Shown here: piece after piece, positions 40,382 through 51,403 of the stretch | Numbering within the stretch: the first letter of the stretch is position 1 | How the letters are laid out: each line of letters begins with the position of its first letter | Source: an uncultured bacterium | Lineage (GTDB): Bacteria > Auribacterota > Erginobacteria > Erginobacterales > Erginobacteraceae | NCBI GenBank assembly: GCA_963822585.1 | Contig: CAWGIE010000019.1 | Span: 64,001-128,000, forward strand | Length of the DNA stretch: 64,000 bases | Reading direction: 5' to 3' | Program-made: the position numbers and the translations under genes | The notes under the pieces: generated by a model | Told to the model about the DNA's origin: nothing | Databases searched by the model: none | The model's input: the letters and a program-made list of their open reading frames with translations, nothing else

Positions 40382-40521
40382 CTCTTCTCATTCCGTCTCG
40401 TTGGTACGGAAGCCGACGTTGCTCTTGTGGACGCGACTCGGGGTTATGTAACCCGGAACTTGACTTTCGTCATCCGCCGTGGATATATTATTATGTTCCT
40501 GTTTCGGAATTTCAATAAATC

Positions 40522-40573
40522 GGGCCGACATAGCGGTCGGCCCCTACGTAGGGGAGGGCCGCCGTGCCCTCCC
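40522..40573. repeat. Back-to-back GTAG-type REP pair
   Basis: GGGCCGACATAGCGGTCGGCCCCTAC followed by GTAGGGGAGGGCCGCCGTGCCCTCCC. Confidence 0.7.
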
Positions 40574-40640
40574 TCAGTTGCGAAGCTAAGTTCTCGTAGT
40601 AGTTTCTCAACGCTCAACAAACTCACGGATCTCTTATCTC

Positions 40641-42077
40641 ATGGCATTAGGGCTTCAACAACTCGCGCGGATGGAGCAGCGGATGATCCTCTCTCCGCAG
40701 ATGCAGCAGGCCATCTTCCTCCTCCAGGTCCCGCTCCAGGAGCTGAGCACCATCATCCAGACCGAGATCGTCCAGAACCCGCTTTTGGAAGATCCTCTCG
40801 ACCAGGTGGAGACAATCGACCCGGCGGACGCTCCCGCCCCGGATGGCGAGGTCGCCCCGGAGCTGGAATTCGAGGCGGAGATCGATCGCCTGGCCGCGAT
40901 GGATGATGAATGGAAGGAATACTTCTTCCAGGATCAGACGTCCAGCCACGCCCGGTACTACCAGCCGGACGAAGAGAAACAGAACTTCCTGGAAAACTCG
41001 ATTACCAGAAGCGAGACCCTCTCCGAGCACCTGCTCAAGCAGCTCAACACCTCGCTGAGCGCGGAGCGGGAAAAAACGGTTGGGGAAGCCATTATCGGCA
41101 ATATCGACGAGAACGGCTATTTGACCGAATCACTGGACGAGATCGCCCGGGAGACGGAAACCTCCCCCGATGAAATCGCCGCGGTATTGAGCCTGATCCA
41201 GACCTTTCATCCGTCGGGCATCGGCGCCCGCGACCTCCGGGAATGCCTCCTGCTCCAGCTCGGCAGCCGGGAACATACCGACCCCCTGGCCCGAGAGATC
41301 ATCAGCGATTTCATGGCCGAACTGGGGGCGAACAAGTACCCCCAGATCGCGCGGGCACTGAAGACAACCCCGGAACGCGTCCAGCAGGCGGCCGAGTTTA
41401 TCGCTACCCTCGATCCCAAACCGGGTCAAATTTTCAGCACCGATGAAATCCGGTACATCACGCCGGATATCTACCTGGAAAAAGAGGATGATGAATACCG
41501 GATCGTTTTCAACCGGGAATATACCCCCCAGCTCCGGATCAGCAGCCGGTACCGGAGGCTTCTGAGCGACCCGGCGACGCCGGAAAAGACCAAGGAATAC
41601 ATCAAGGAAAAACTTCGGGGCGGTCTGTGGCTGATCAAGAACATCCGGCTCCGCCAGGAGACTCTCCACAAGATCACGGAGGAGATCGTCAGGCGTCAGA
41701 GGGAGTTCCTGGACAAGGGGATCGCCTTCCTTCGCCCCCTCAAGATGACCGAGATCGCGCAGATAGTCGGGATCCATGAATCCACGGTGAGCCGGGCGGT
41801 TGCCAACAAGCATATCCAGACCCACCGGGGAACCTTTCCTCTCCGGTACTTTTTCACCAGCGGGACCGCCACCTCCTCCGGCGATGACATCTCCTCTCAT
41901 CACCTGAAGCGGATTATCGAGCAGATGGTCGGCGCTGAAGACCCCTACCATCCGCTGAGCGATCAGGAGATTGTCGAGAAACTGGCGGCGCAGGATATCA
42001 AACTGGCCCGGAGAACGGTGGCTAAGTACCGCAAGATCCTCGCCATCCCTCCCTCCCACTTGCGGAAAAAATACTGA
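40641..42077 (+). CDS. rpoN: RNA polymerase sigma-54 factor
   Basis: Q-rich region I, NPLLE, GIGAR.L.ECL, HESTVSR, RpoN box ARRTVAKYR. Confidence 0.98.
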   Translation: MALGLQQLARMEQRMILSPQMQQAIFLLQVPLQELSTIIQTEIVQNPLLEDPLDQVETIDPADAPAPDGEVAPELEFEAEIDRLAAMDDEWKEYFFQDQTSSHARYYQPDEEKQNFLENSITRSETLSEHLLKQLNTSLSAEREKTVGEAIIGNIDENGYLTESLDEIARETETSPDEIAAVLSLIQTFHPSGIGARDLRECLLLQLGSREHTDPLAREIISDFMAELGANKYPQIARALKTTPERVQQAAEFIATLDPKPGQIFSTDEIRYITPDIYLEKEDDEYRIVFNREYTPQLRISSRYRRLLSDPATPEKTKEYIKEKLRGGLWLIKNIRLRQETLHKITEEIVRRQREFLDKGIAFLRPLKMTEIAQIVGIHESTVSRAVANKHIQTHRGTFPLRYFFTSGTATSSGDDISSHHLKRIIEQMVGAEDPYHPLSDQEIVEKLAAQDIKLARRTVAKYRKILAIPPSHLRKKY

Positions 42078-42144
42078 ATGGGGAATAGGGAATGGGGAAT
42101 AGCCTCGACCGGCTCCCATTCCCTATTCCCCATTCTCTATTCCC
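42076..42144. repeat. Inverted heptamer cassette between convergent genes
   Basis: (GGGAATR)n...(YATTCCC)n. Confidence 0.85.
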
Positions 42145-42146
42145 TG

Positions 42147-43328
42147 TCACACTTGCTTCAGAAGATATTCGTAGGCTGAAAGTGCCGCCCGAGCGCCATC
42201 CCCGGCGGCGATAACGATCTGCTTGAACCGGTTGTCGGTGACGTCCCCGGCGGCGAAGATCCCGTTCACGCCGGTGTCTCCCCCCCGATCGGTCCGGATC
42301 TCCCCCGCCTGGTTTGTCTCCACCAGGTCAAGCACGAAGGCGCTGTTGGGGGCGAGGCCGATCTCGATAAAAACTCCCTCCACCTCGAGACGCCGCGCTC
42401 GGCCCGTCTTACTATCTTCAATCGTCAGTCCCTCGACCTGATCCGTGCCGTGGATCACGGTCGGGCGGTGGTACTTGAAGGAGGTTATATTGCGGGCAGC
42501 CTCGGTCTTGTCCTGGAGAATCCGGTCCCCGGTCCAGCCCTCGGTCGAGACGAGATACACTTTGCTGGCAATGCCTGACATCTCTATGGCGGCTTCCAGA
42601 CCGGAGTTGCCGGAACCGATTATCGCGATAGTCTTTCCCGTGAAGAGGGGGCCGTCGCAGGTGGAGCAGTAGACCACTCCCCGACCGGCCAGTTCCCGTT
42701 CCCCGGGGATATTGAGCTTCCGTTTAAAAGCTCCGCTGGCAATAACAACCGACCGGGCCTCTATCTCCTTCCCCGACTCGGTCCGGATCACCTTGCAGCA
42801 GCCTCTGACTTCGATCGAGCTCACCCGTTCACCAAGCAGTTTGTCTATCTGATAGTGCTCCGCGTGTTCAACCAACTTTTGAGCCAATTCGGCGCCCGTG
42901 ACCCGAGTCCTGCCGGGCCAGTTGCTGACTTCACCGGCAGTTCCCACCTGGCCGCCCATGTCAAGAGCGATCATGATGGTGGAGAGGTTCTTACGGGCAC
43001 CGTAGATGGCGGCCGTGAGTCCAGCCGGCCCCGCGCCGATAACAGCCAGGTCAAACAGCTTAATCGGAGCAACCTGCTCGGTAATACCGAGCATCCGGTC
43101 CAGTTCCCCCGCCGCGTTCAGGCGCGAGATATCGTCGTACCCGCCGATCGACTCCCCGTCGATGAATATCTGGGGGACCGTCCGCCGATGAGACCGTTCC
43201 ACCATCTCCCGCTCCAGCGCCGTCCCGGAAGCAACTTCATGGACCGTGTAATCGAGGCCTTTCGCGTCCAGAAGAGCCTTCGCTTTGATACAATAGGGAC
43301 ACCATTTCTTTGAGTATATCTCGATCAT
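42147..43328 (-). CDS. Glutaredoxin-thioredoxin reductase fusion
   Basis: CPYC..TVPQIF..GGYDD, then GAGPAG, CSTCDG, GSGNSG, AAGD. Confidence 0.92.
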   Translation of the reverse strand: MIEIYSKKWCPYCIKAKALLDAKGLDYTVHEVASGTALEREMVERSHRRTVPQIFIDGESIGGYDDISRLNAAGELDRMLGITEQVAPIKLFDLAVIGAGPAGLTAAIYGARKNLSTIMIALDMGGQVGTAGEVSNWPGRTRVTGAELAQKLVEHAEHYQIDKLLGERVSSIEVRGCCKVIRTESGKEIEARSVVIASGAFKRKLNIPGERELAGRGVVYCSTCDGPLFTGKTIAIIGSGNSGLEAAIEMSGIASKVYLVSTEGWTGDRILQDKTEAARNITSFKYHRPTVIHGTDQVEGLTIEDSKTGRARRLEVEGVFIEIGLAPNSAFVLDLVETNQAGEIRTDRGGDTGVNGIFAAGDVTDNRFKQIVIAAGDGARAALSAYEYLLKQV

Positions 43329-43359
43329 AATAAATTAACTCACTCCATTCGTTAATTTA

Positions 43360-43539
43360 TGCAGGATCGTCCTTTCGCTTCGCTTCAGGACTTGTAGTAG
43401 ATGTAGTAAATGTGGTATCGCCCCGCCTGTGGCGGGGCTTGCCGGACTGCAAGCGGAGCGATCCTACAATTCCTACAAAGAATGCCGAAGGCATTCTGAT
43501 CCTACAAATCCTGAAGCGAAGCGAAGGGATGATACTGCA
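43360..43539 (-). mobile_element. ~178-nt structured repeat element, copy 2
   Basis: Reverse complement matches 5174-5349. Confidence 0.8.
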
Positions 43540-43540
43540 T

Positions 43541-43933
43541 TCAATTTTTCTTCTCCCCCTTCTCCGCCAGTATCTCATCGATGGTCCTCGTCAGCTCGTA
43601 TTCCCGCAGAGGCTTGCTCAGCTGTCCCGGCCGGCCGCCCGCGTTCAGAAATTCCTGAAACCGGGGGTCGCGATCCCCGGGGCAGCCCGAGATCAGCATC
43701 ACGTCCGTCCGGGGGGAGATCCTCAGGATCCCGCGGCAGACCTCGACGCCGTTCATGCCCGGCATGATCAAATCAACGAATACGATGTCGGGGTGCTCTT
43801 CCCCGGCCAGGAAAATGGCCTCTTCCCCGCTGAGGGCGGTCGAGACCTCGTATCCCGCGGCTTCCAGTTCTTCCCGGTGCGCCAGCAGAAAGAGAGCGTC
43901 ATCGTCAACCAGCATTATCTTGGGCCGGCCCAT
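43541..43933 (-). CDS. Single-domain response regulator
   Basis: LVDDD, DLIMPGMNG, ISG, KP. Confidence 0.92.
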   Translation of the reverse strand: MGRPKIMLVDDDALFLLAHREELEAAGYEVSTALSGEEAIFLAGEEHPDIVFVDLIMPGMNGVEVCRGILRISPRTDVMLISGCPGDRDPRFQEFLNAGGRPGQLSKPLREYELTRTIDEILAEKGEKKN

Positions 43934-46232
43934 CTTCCTCCCGTCCACCGGCAGGGAATCTGACCGTAAAGGTTGTCCCCTGCCCCGGTTTACTTTTCAC
44001 GACGATCTCCCCCCCGTGGTCTTCAACAATCCCATAGACCACCGAAAGCCCCAGTCCGATCCCCTCCCCCGGTTTCTTGGTGGTGAAAAACGGATCGAAA
44101 AGCTTGGCGAGGTTTTCTTTCGGTATCCCGACGCCGGAATCATGAAATTCCATGATCACACTGCGGTTGTCGGGGGAATTGCCGGTGGTTATCCGGATGA
44201 CTCCTCCCTCGATCAGCGCGTCCCGGGCATTGGTCAGCAAATTCAGAACGACCTGCTGGAGCTGTCCCCGGTCCCCGTTGATTTTGAGCAGGTCATCCGA
44301 AAATTTCCTGGTCATGGAAATACCGCGCCCCATTACCTGATATCCGCTGAATGAGAGCGTTGATTCAATGACCTGGTTCAGATCAACCTCCGAGAAATCG
44401 GCGGTCGATTCCCGGGCGAATGAAGTCAAATCTCTGATAATCGCCGCCATGTGTTCGGCGGCATTCAACATGGCGGCGAGCTGCTCCCGCGCCGGCGACC
44501 CCTCCGGGGACTGCTTCTTGTTCAGCCTCAGCAATGTCATCAGCCCGTCGAGAGGACTGTTCAATTCATGAGCCACACCGGCGGCCAGCAGACCGATGGC
44601 CGAAAGCTTCTCCGCCTGAATCAACTGGCTCTTCAGGCCTTTCAGTTCCCTGTACGCGGTCTTTATCTCCTCCTCGGCCCTCCTTTTCTCGCTGATGTCC
44701 TCTACGATGCCCTTGTAATGGGTGATTTCTCCCCGTTCGTTTCTTACTATATACGTCCAGTCGTTAAGCCAGCGCGGCTCCCCGTCTCGGGTTATGATGC
44801 GATACGGCTTATGGGTAAACTCGTCCCGGCCGGCTTCGCTGCTGAATGTCGAGACCTCCTCCATGACCCGCTCCCGATCATCGGGAAAAATTAAATCCCC
44901 GTAGGCGACCGCGCCGGACATGAACTCTTCCGCCGTGTAACCGAAAAGGTTTTTCACGTTTTCGGAAACAAACTCAATCGGCCACCCCGGCTGATTCCGC
45001 CAGGTAAAAGCGATGGCCGGACTTCGGCTGATAATCCTGTATGCTTCCTGGATCTTCTTTTCCGCCTTGATGCGTTCGGTGATATCACGGGTTATGCCCA
45101 CATAGCCGATAAGACTTCCCTTCTCGTTCTTCAGCCGGGTCATGGTAAGGTGAACATCGATCAGGTCCCCGTTTTTTTTCCTGTTCAATAGTTCTCCCTG
45201 CCAGGTCCCGTCCACGATTTCAGCCTCCATCACCTGATCCAGATGAGGAGGATTTCCCGGGATTCCCTCGAAAATATCGGACGCCGGACGGCCGACCAGC
45301 TCTTCGGGGGCATAGCCCAGAATTTTTTCCGCCGCCGGGTTGGCATATATTATCCGGTGATCCAGGCCGGTGATCAGGACCATCTCCGCCAGGCCGGCCA
45401 GCGCGCTGGAAAGGCGGACCATTTCCTCCTCGCGCTTTTTCCGGGAGCTGATGTCGATCGCGGTCGCCGCCAGTAAAAACGGGCGCTCCCCCGCGTCCCT
45501 GATCACCGCCCCGGTCATCAGGGTGGGAAAGACTGAACCGTCCTTCCGGGCATGCCAGACTTCCTCCCCCGAAAAGCCTCCTTCCCGACGAATTTTTTCA
45601 ACCAGCCTTTTTACCGATGGCGCCTGTTCTCCGTTGTGAAAAACCGACAGGTTCTTGCCCACGACTTTCTCCGGGAGATAGCCGTGCATCCGGGCGAATT
45701 CCCGGTTACAGTAGACAATCTCCTCCTTGAGATTGCTGATCGCCACGCCGTAATTTGCCCGGTCGCAAACCGTCTTAAACTTCCGGAGTTCGCCCTCGAT
45801 CAGGGCCCGTTCCTCGATCTCCCGCTTCATCCGCTGATTGATCTTCTCCAGATATTCCGTCCGCTCCTCGACTTTTTTCTCCAGCTCGTCGTGAGATTGC
45901 TGCAGCTTCCGGCGGGCCTCGTTGAGGGCAACCACGGACGGTATCCACTTCACCATCCCGATCGCCAGGAGAAGAACGGCCAGGAGATGACCGAAGAGAT
46001 GCTCAAGGAAAATCCCCAGGAACGGGGGGGCGCCCGCGAGGAAGTTTTGAACGGAGGGAATATACTCGCACACGGCGAGGAGATGGCCGAGGAAAAGGAG
46101 CAGGAAAGCGGCCACGATATACCACCATCCGGCCTGCCGGTAGAGTTCTTTGACTTTGCCGACCCACCAGAAGAAAACCACGATCACGCCCATCAGAAAG
46201 GTAAAAGCGATCTCTAAGATAAAGGCGGTCAT
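43905..46232 (-). CDS. Membrane multi-PAS sensor histidine kinase
   Basis: Three TMs, three PAS/PAC, HELNSPL, NLLTNA, DSGVG, FFTTK, GLGL. Confidence 0.95.
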   Translation of the reverse strand: MTAFILEIAFTFLMGVIVVFFWWVGKVKELYRQAGWWYIVAAFLLLFLGHLLAVCEYIPSVQNFLAGAPPFLGIFLEHLFGHLLAVLLLAIGMVKWIPSVVALNEARRKLQQSHDELEKKVEERTEYLEKINQRMKREIEERALIEGELRKFKTVCDRANYGVAISNLKEEIVYCNREFARMHGYLPEKVVGKNLSVFHNGEQAPSVKRLVEKIRREGGFSGEEVWHARKDGSVFPTLMTGAVIRDAGERPFLLAATAIDISSRKKREEEMVRLSSALAGLAEMVLITGLDHRIIYANPAAEKILGYAPEELVGRPASDIFEGIPGNPPHLDQVMEAEIVDGTWQGELLNRKKNGDLIDVHLTMTRLKNEKGSLIGYVGITRDITERIKAEKKIQEAYRIISRSPAIAFTWRNQPGWPIEFVSENVKNLFGYTAEEFMSGAVAYGDLIFPDDRERVMEEVSTFSSEAGRDEFTHKPYRIITRDGEPRWLNDWTYIVRNERGEITHYKGIVEDISEKRRAEEEIKTAYRELKGLKSQLIQAEKLSAIGLLAAGVAHELNSPLDGLMTLLRLNKKQSPEGSPAREQLAAMLNAAEHMAAIIRDLTSFARESTADFSEVDLNQVIESTLSFSGYQVMGRGISMTRKFSDDLLKINGDRGQLQQVVLNLLTNARDALIEGGVIRITTGNSPDNRSVIMEFHDSGVGIPKENLAKLFDPFFTTKKPGEGIGLGLSVVYGIVEDHGGEIVVKSKPGQGTTFTVRFPAGGREEDGPAQDNAG

Positions 46233-46413
46233 TTCGTTTTTCCTTCCCGTCCCGGCCGGTAACTGCAACGCGACAGGGAGGCCATTTTATCAGGGTTCCC
46301 CGCTAACGGCCAGTTAATTATCACCCTTATTATTTATTGACAAATCGGCACTGCCGGGATTTACTGAAACCAGGGCGTGCCTGCTTCGGAATTCCAAAAA
46401 AGAAATTCAGTAA

Positions 46414-46592
46414 TGTAGTAGCGTCCTTTCGCTTGCGCGACAGGACTTGTAGGATCAGAATGCCTTCGGCATTCTTTGCCGCAATTGTAGGATCGCTCCG
46501 CTTGCAGTTCGGCAAGCCTTGCCTCCGGCAAGGCGATAATACATTTACTACATCTCCTACAAGTCCTTCACGGAGTGAAGGACGATCCTGCA
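46414..46592 (+). mobile_element. ~178-nt structured repeat element, copy 3
   Basis: Matches 5174-5349. Confidence 0.8.
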
Positions 46593-46643
46593 TAAATTTG
46601 CGAGCCCCGATTTTATCGGGGTAGACTGCGCGAGCTAATTTAT

Positions 46644-46970
46644 ATGAACCGCTTCTTCACCTCTTTCAGCGAAGAAATCCGAAAGTCACTTCTGGCAAGC
46701 GCGCGAGTCGAAACCTACCCGGGAGGGAGGCGCCTCTTCGAAGAGGACGATCCTTCCGATGGTGTTTTTCTGGTTCTGAACGGTTCGGTTGAGATCGTGA
46801 AGAAGATCAGCGGGGAACGGGAGGCGGTCCTCGCTACCGTGGGACCGGGGGACTACTTCGGGGAGATGGGGGTGATCGACGGCTGCGGACGGTCGGCCGG
46901 GGCCCGGACGTCCGGAGAGACCGACCTCGGCACCACCTTCATCATCAGTCTTCCGCCGGCAGCCGGGTAA
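46644..46970 (+). pseudogene. cNMP-binding domain fused to a HATPase C-terminal strand (probable internal deletion of a kinase)
   Basis: G..FGEMG..R SA ART, abruptly followed by GTTFIISLP. Confidence 0.6.
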
Positions 46971-46974
46971 TTCA

Positions 46975-47240
46975 CCCCGACCTCGACCCCTTTTATAAAC
47001 CCCGATTAAAACTTCGGGGGAGGCCAGACGATCGTCGTAGATCCGGCAGTTATTGACGGAAATGTGATTGAAGTGGAGGCCCCCCCCCACCTCGGCCCCT
47101 TTTATTAGCACCTGATTTCTCTGATTTTTACTCCGAGATGCCGGAGGCATTTTTCGGGGGCTCTGCTTGTCTTCTTCCGCCTCGGCCCTTTTTTGATTTT
47201 TTTGAACGTTGAACGTTGGACGTTGAATGTTGAGCGTTCG
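46975..47240 (-). repeat. G-rich-motif modular array, reverse orientation
   Basis: CCCCNCCTCGRCCCCTTTT three times plus a TTGAACG heptamer module. Confidence 0.8.
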
Positions 47241-47356
47241 GAGTTCGTATCATATAAAGATCCGGGGGGATAATGATACGGGATACAGGATGCGCGATCC
47301 CGAATGCTTCTTCGGGACTGCCCACTGCCCACTGCCTACTGCCCACTACCCACTGC

Positions 47357-48589
47357 CTATTCATGCCTAAGCGCCTGGATGGGATCGAGGAGGGCGGCGC
47401 GGGCGGCAGGGTAAAAGCCAAAGAATATCCCTACCAGCAAAGCCATACCCAGTGAGAGAAAGATAGCCCAAGCGGTAATCACCGTCGGCCAGCCGGCCAA
47501 TCCGGAAATGAACAGTGAGATGATGTATCCCGCGATGACACCGATCAGACCGCCGGACACGGTCAGGATGGCGGACTCGGTCAGGAACTGAGCGGCGATC
47601 TGCCGCCGGTTGGCCCCCACCGCCCGCCGGATGCCGATCTCCCGGGTACGCTCCGAGACCGTCGCCAGCATGATGTTCATGATTCCGATACCGCCGACCA
47701 GGAGCGTGATCCCGGCTATCCCCCCCAACACGATGTTGAAGATCCTCTGGGTCTGCCGGGCCCCGCGGATGAGTTCCAGCGGTACGATCATCTGATAATC
47801 CTCCACCCCGTGATGGAGGCGGGAAAGAAGACTCTTGATTACCCGTGAACCCGGAAGTATCTCTCCCGGATTTTTAAACTTTATCGAGATTTCGTCCACC
47901 GGGTCGCTGTCGGGTGGGCCGGCGCCGAAAATACGGCTGGTAGCCAGGGGCAGAAAAACCGACTGGTTATAATTACGCGGGGAGAGGGCGGGCAGCTTGT
48001 TCCGGGACCAGTGCCTTGGTTTCAGGATCCCTACGACTGTAAAAACGGCATCGTTGATCCGGAGAGTCGAGCCGACCCGGCCCGCACGCCCGAGGCCCCG
48101 GGAGACGTCCCATCCCAGAACACAGACCAGGTTTTTCTCCGCCTGGTCCTGATCGCAAAGGAACCGCCCCGCCGCAAGCTCCAGGTTTTTCACCCGTTGA
48201 TATCCCGGGGTAACGGCAGTCACCTGGTAGGAAGTTTCCGCCGGGGCGCCCAGGATTTCAGCCTCGATCTCCCTGACCACGGCCGCCTCTTCGAGCCCGG
48301 GCAGCGCGGCTTTGATCCGTCGGCTGTCATTAAAAGTGATGCCGGCGGAAAGCCGCTCCCGGGCTTTCAGCTCCTGGGACGATGTCCGGGGAAGAGCCTT
48401 GACGACAACATTGTTGATTCCCAGCTGTTCTATCTGGCGAAGGGATTCCTGCTTGGCGCCCTCCCCGATCGAGAGCATAGCGATCAGGGCGACCACTCCG
48501 AAGATCACTCCCAGCATGCTGAGAAGGGAGCGAAGCTTATGAAGACGCAGGGAACGGATACCGGAAGAAATATTGACCAATTTCTGCAT
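47357..48589 (-). CDS. MacB-type ABC permease
   Basis: RSLLSMLGVIFGV, VGGIGIMNIML..V.ERTREIG, YPA..AA.LDP. Confidence 0.95.
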   Translation of the reverse strand: MQKLVNISSGIRSLRLHKLRSLLSMLGVIFGVVALIAMLSIGEGAKQESLRQIEQLGINNVVVKALPRTSSQELKARERLSAGITFNDSRRIKAALPGLEEAAVVREIEAEILGAPAETSYQVTAVTPGYQRVKNLELAAGRFLCDQDQAEKNLVCVLGWDVSRGLGRAGRVGSTLRINDAVFTVVGILKPRHWSRNKLPALSPRNYNQSVFLPLATSRIFGAGPPDSDPVDEISIKFKNPGEILPGSRVIKSLLSRLHHGVEDYQMIVPLELIRGARQTQRIFNIVLGGIAGITLLVGGIGIMNIMLATVSERTREIGIRRAVGANRRQIAAQFLTESAILTVSGGLIGVIAGYIISLFISGLAGWPTVITAWAIFLSLGMALLVGIFFGFYPAARAALLDPIQALRHE

Positions 48590-48634
48590 TGGACACCGTT
48601 TAATTGCGACTAAAAATCATTCCATTACCTTCAG

Positions 48635-48731
48635 GGAGTGATGGAATGATGGAGTGGTGGAGTACTGGTAAAGCCCGGCCGAGCTGCTGGCGCCTCCATC
48701 ACTCCAATACTCCATTACTCCATCACTCCAT
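48635..48731. repeat. Inverted octamer cassette
   Basis: GGAGTGAT / ACTCCA arms. Confidence 0.85.
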
Positions 48732-49470
48732 TATTGATTACACTCTCCATATTCTTCTTGGCTGCTATTGGAATATTTGAGTGGGCGGTCTCCATGAACT
48801 CCCCGTCCAGCAGATGGAGGCGCCGGCCGGCGTAACTGGCGACATTGTCGTCATGGGTAACCAGAAGAACGGCGGAACCGGTGCGGTGCAGGGCCTGGAG
48901 AAGCTCCATGATATTCCTCCCGGTCGCCGAGTCCAGGTTCCCGGTCGGTTCGTCGGCCAGGATCAGGAGGGGTCGCCCCGCCAGGCATCGGGCGATCGCG
49001 GTCCGCTGCTGTTCTCCTCCCGAAAGCTCGGCCGGACGATGGTTGAGCCGGCCGGCGAGACCGACCTCCTCGATCGCCGTTAACGCCGCTTCCCGGGCGC
49101 CGGCGGCGGTTCCCCGATAGTAGAAGGGGACCTCCACGTTCTCCAGAACGCTGAGTTGATGAATAAGGTTATAGGTCTGAAAGATGAACCCGATATGGTG
49201 AGCCCGAAGTAATGACAATTCGCTGTCGGAGAGTGAGAAGATGTCCCGGCCGGAGAAAAAGTATGAACCGGCAGTGGGGCGTTCCAGGCAGCCGATAATA
49301 TTGAGAAGAGTGGATTTTCCCGATCCGGAGGGACCCATAACGGCGACGAACTCTCCCCGCCGGACATGGAGAGTGACGTCCCGCAATGCTTCAACCCGAT
49401 CATCACTCATCGGGTAGTGTTTAGTCAGATTACGCGCGTCAACCAGGAGATCATTATCTTCTGAGATCAC
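48715..49470 (-). CDS. MacB/LolD-type ABC ATP-binding protein
   Basis: GPSGSGKS, LSGGEQQR, ADEPTGNLD, VTHD; GTG start inferred. Confidence 0.93.
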   Translation of the reverse strand: MISEDNDLLVDARNLTKHYPMSDDRVEALRDVTLHVRRGEFVAVMGPSGSGKSTLLNIIGCLERPTAGSYFFSGRDIFSLSDSELSLLRAHHIGFIFQTYNLIHQLSVLENVEVPFYYRGTAAGAREAALTAIEEVGLAGRLNHRPAELSGGEQQRTAIARCLAGRPLLILADEPTGNLDSATGRNIMELLQALHRTGSAVLLVTHDDNVASYAGRRLHLLDGEFMETAHSNIPIAAKKNMESVINNGVME

Positions 49471-49546
49471 ATCACTTCTTGTCCATACCCAATCAGTTTT
49501 GTCGGTTAAAAGCGGAAAACAGATAATGACCCCGATTGCATCGGGG

Positions 49547-51010
49547 TCATTCAAGCGGGGTGGTCTTCTTTATCTCAGACGGCTCCGGCGGATATAACGC
49601 TACCCTCTCATCTTCCTCCAGGCCTTTCCTGATCTCCGCCAGGTCTTCGTTCCGGCGACCGACCAGCACCTCCCGGACCTCGAAGCTGCTCCGGATGTCC
49701 ACGTAACAGACGGTCCTGCCGGCGTCGTCGAAGAGAGCCGCCAGCGGAACAGTGAGAGCGTCCCCTACGTCGTCGGAAATAATCTCCGCCCGGGCGGTCA
49801 TCCCCGGGCGCAGTCGTTCGTCCGAACCATCCAGCGCGATCGTCAATCCGAAATACTGTTCGCCGCTCCGCAGCTCGGGGCGCTTCTCGGCCAGGATGCC
49901 GATCGACTCCACCCGGCCGTCGAAAACGGTGTCGGGGTAGGCATCGACCCGAACCCGTACCGGGAGCCCTTTCCGAACCTTGTGGAGATCGACCTCTCTG
50001 ACCAGGGTTTTTACGACCATTGAGGAAAGGTCGGGGAGATCGAGGAGAGGCTGGTTTTGCCAGACGGTGTCGCCGACCATGGGCTTCCGCTTCTCCCCGT
50101 TTCTGAACTCATCCCGGAGGACCGCTATTCCCGCGATGGGGGCGGTGATGGTTGTCTTCTCCAGTTCGGCGCGGGCGATCTCCAGTGACGACCGGGCCGC
50201 GGTCAGGGCCCCCTCGGCATTCTTCTCCGAAGCGATCGCTTTGCCCACCTGAAAGCCGGAACTCTTCCCGGTCTGTTCCAGTACCATCGCCGCCCGTTCC
50301 ACCCGGGCCCGCGCTGTCTCGATCAGGGCGGGAAGTATGTGGTCCCGGTAGCTCTCGAACTGCAGGCGGGCGGCCTCGTACTTCTTCAGGTTCTCATCCT
50401 CTTTCGCGGCCGCCTGGGTGATCTCGGTCGGGTTGCTGTACCCCCGCTCCTCCAGCTTCTTCAGCTCTCCGACATAGTTCGTCGTGTCCCCGTATTCCTG
50501 CTTCGCTTCCAGCATCGCCCCTTCCAGGCGCGCCAGTTCCAGGGGCCCCTCCCCCTTCTCCAGCTTTTCCAGATCGAGTTCCGCGATCCGCTTCTCAAAC
50601 CCCGCCACCTTCAGTTCCTTCTCCCCCTGGCTCTTCTCCCACTCCACGTCCTGTTTCCAGGCATCGACCGTCGCTTCCGCTTCCAACAGTTCCGCGGTCA
50701 GCCGCCGGACTTCCTCCTCGAAAAACGAGGGATCGAGCCGGACCAGGAGATCGCCGGATTTGACCCGGGATCCGTCATCCACCAGGTAGATGATCTTCCC
50801 CTTGTCCCCCTTGATCCGGGAATAAATCACATGGGAGCGGACGGCATCGAGGGCCCCCACGGTGGAAACGGAGACCCGGAACGAACCGTTCTTCGCCTCC
50901 GCGGTAGGGATCTTTTCTTCGTCGCTGCCGCCCGAAAAGAGCGCGAGCAGCACTGCGATCAGCAGTACCGCCCCGGTGCCGCCAAGAACATATTTCACCT
51001 CTTTTCTCAT
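49547..51010 (-). CDS. Efflux periplasmic adaptor (MacA/HlyD-like)
   Basis: N-terminal TM, lipoyl halves, long coiled coil, APIAG, LRPGMTA. Confidence 0.92.
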   Translation of the reverse strand: MRKEVKYVLGGTGAVLLIAVLLALFSGGSDEEKIPTAEAKNGSFRVSVSTVGALDAVRSHVIYSRIKGDKGKIIYLVDDGSRVKSGDLLVRLDPSFFEEEVRRLTAELLEAEATVDAWKQDVEWEKSQGEKELKVAGFEKRIAELDLEKLEKGEGPLELARLEGAMLEAKQEYGDTTNYVGELKKLEERGYSNPTEITQAAAKEDENLKKYEAARLQFESYRDHILPALIETARARVERAAMVLEQTGKSSGFQVGKAIASEKNAEGALTAARSSLEIARAELEKTTITAPIAGIAVLRDEFRNGEKRKPMVGDTVWQNQPLLDLPDLSSMVVKTLVREVDLHKVRKGLPVRVRVDAYPDTVFDGRVESIGILAEKRPELRSGEQYFGLTIALDGSDERLRPGMTARAEIISDDVGDALTVPLAALFDDAGRTVCYVDIRSSFEVREVLVGRRNEDLAEIRKGLEEDERVALYPPEPSEIKKTTPLE

Positions 51011-51040
51011 TCTACCTTGCTCGAAAAGGTATTTAAAATT

Positions 51041-51202
51041 GGTTCTCTTCCATTTTGTGTGGGCAGTTATTATATTCAAAAAGTGCGGCTAATCACATTA
51101 TGGAGCTGTTTTGGAGTGCATTGACCGTGTCAATGCATGCAGCGACATGGTCGCTGCACTCCATAAGAACTATAATGTACCCACACAAAATGGGAGAGAA
51201 CC
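51041..51202. mobile_element. 162-bp MITE, copy 1
   Basis: ~23-bp TIRs GGTTCTCTTCCATTTTGTGTGGG; 8-bp direct repeat TTAAAATT on both sides. Confidence 0.92.
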
Positions 51203-51403
51203 TTAAAATTTTATCTGGAGCAATGAAGATATTCACCACAAATGTCACGAAGGATACGAAGGGTAGATGAAAAAAATGGAACTAAGCTCATTTTATAAAG
51301 CTTCGTGTCCTTTCTCCGCCCCGTAGGGTAACCGTACGGGGGTATTCTTCGTGGTTTCAATCGTTTTGAATTTAATGAGGTCTGGTTTTCGCTCAAGATA
51401 CAA

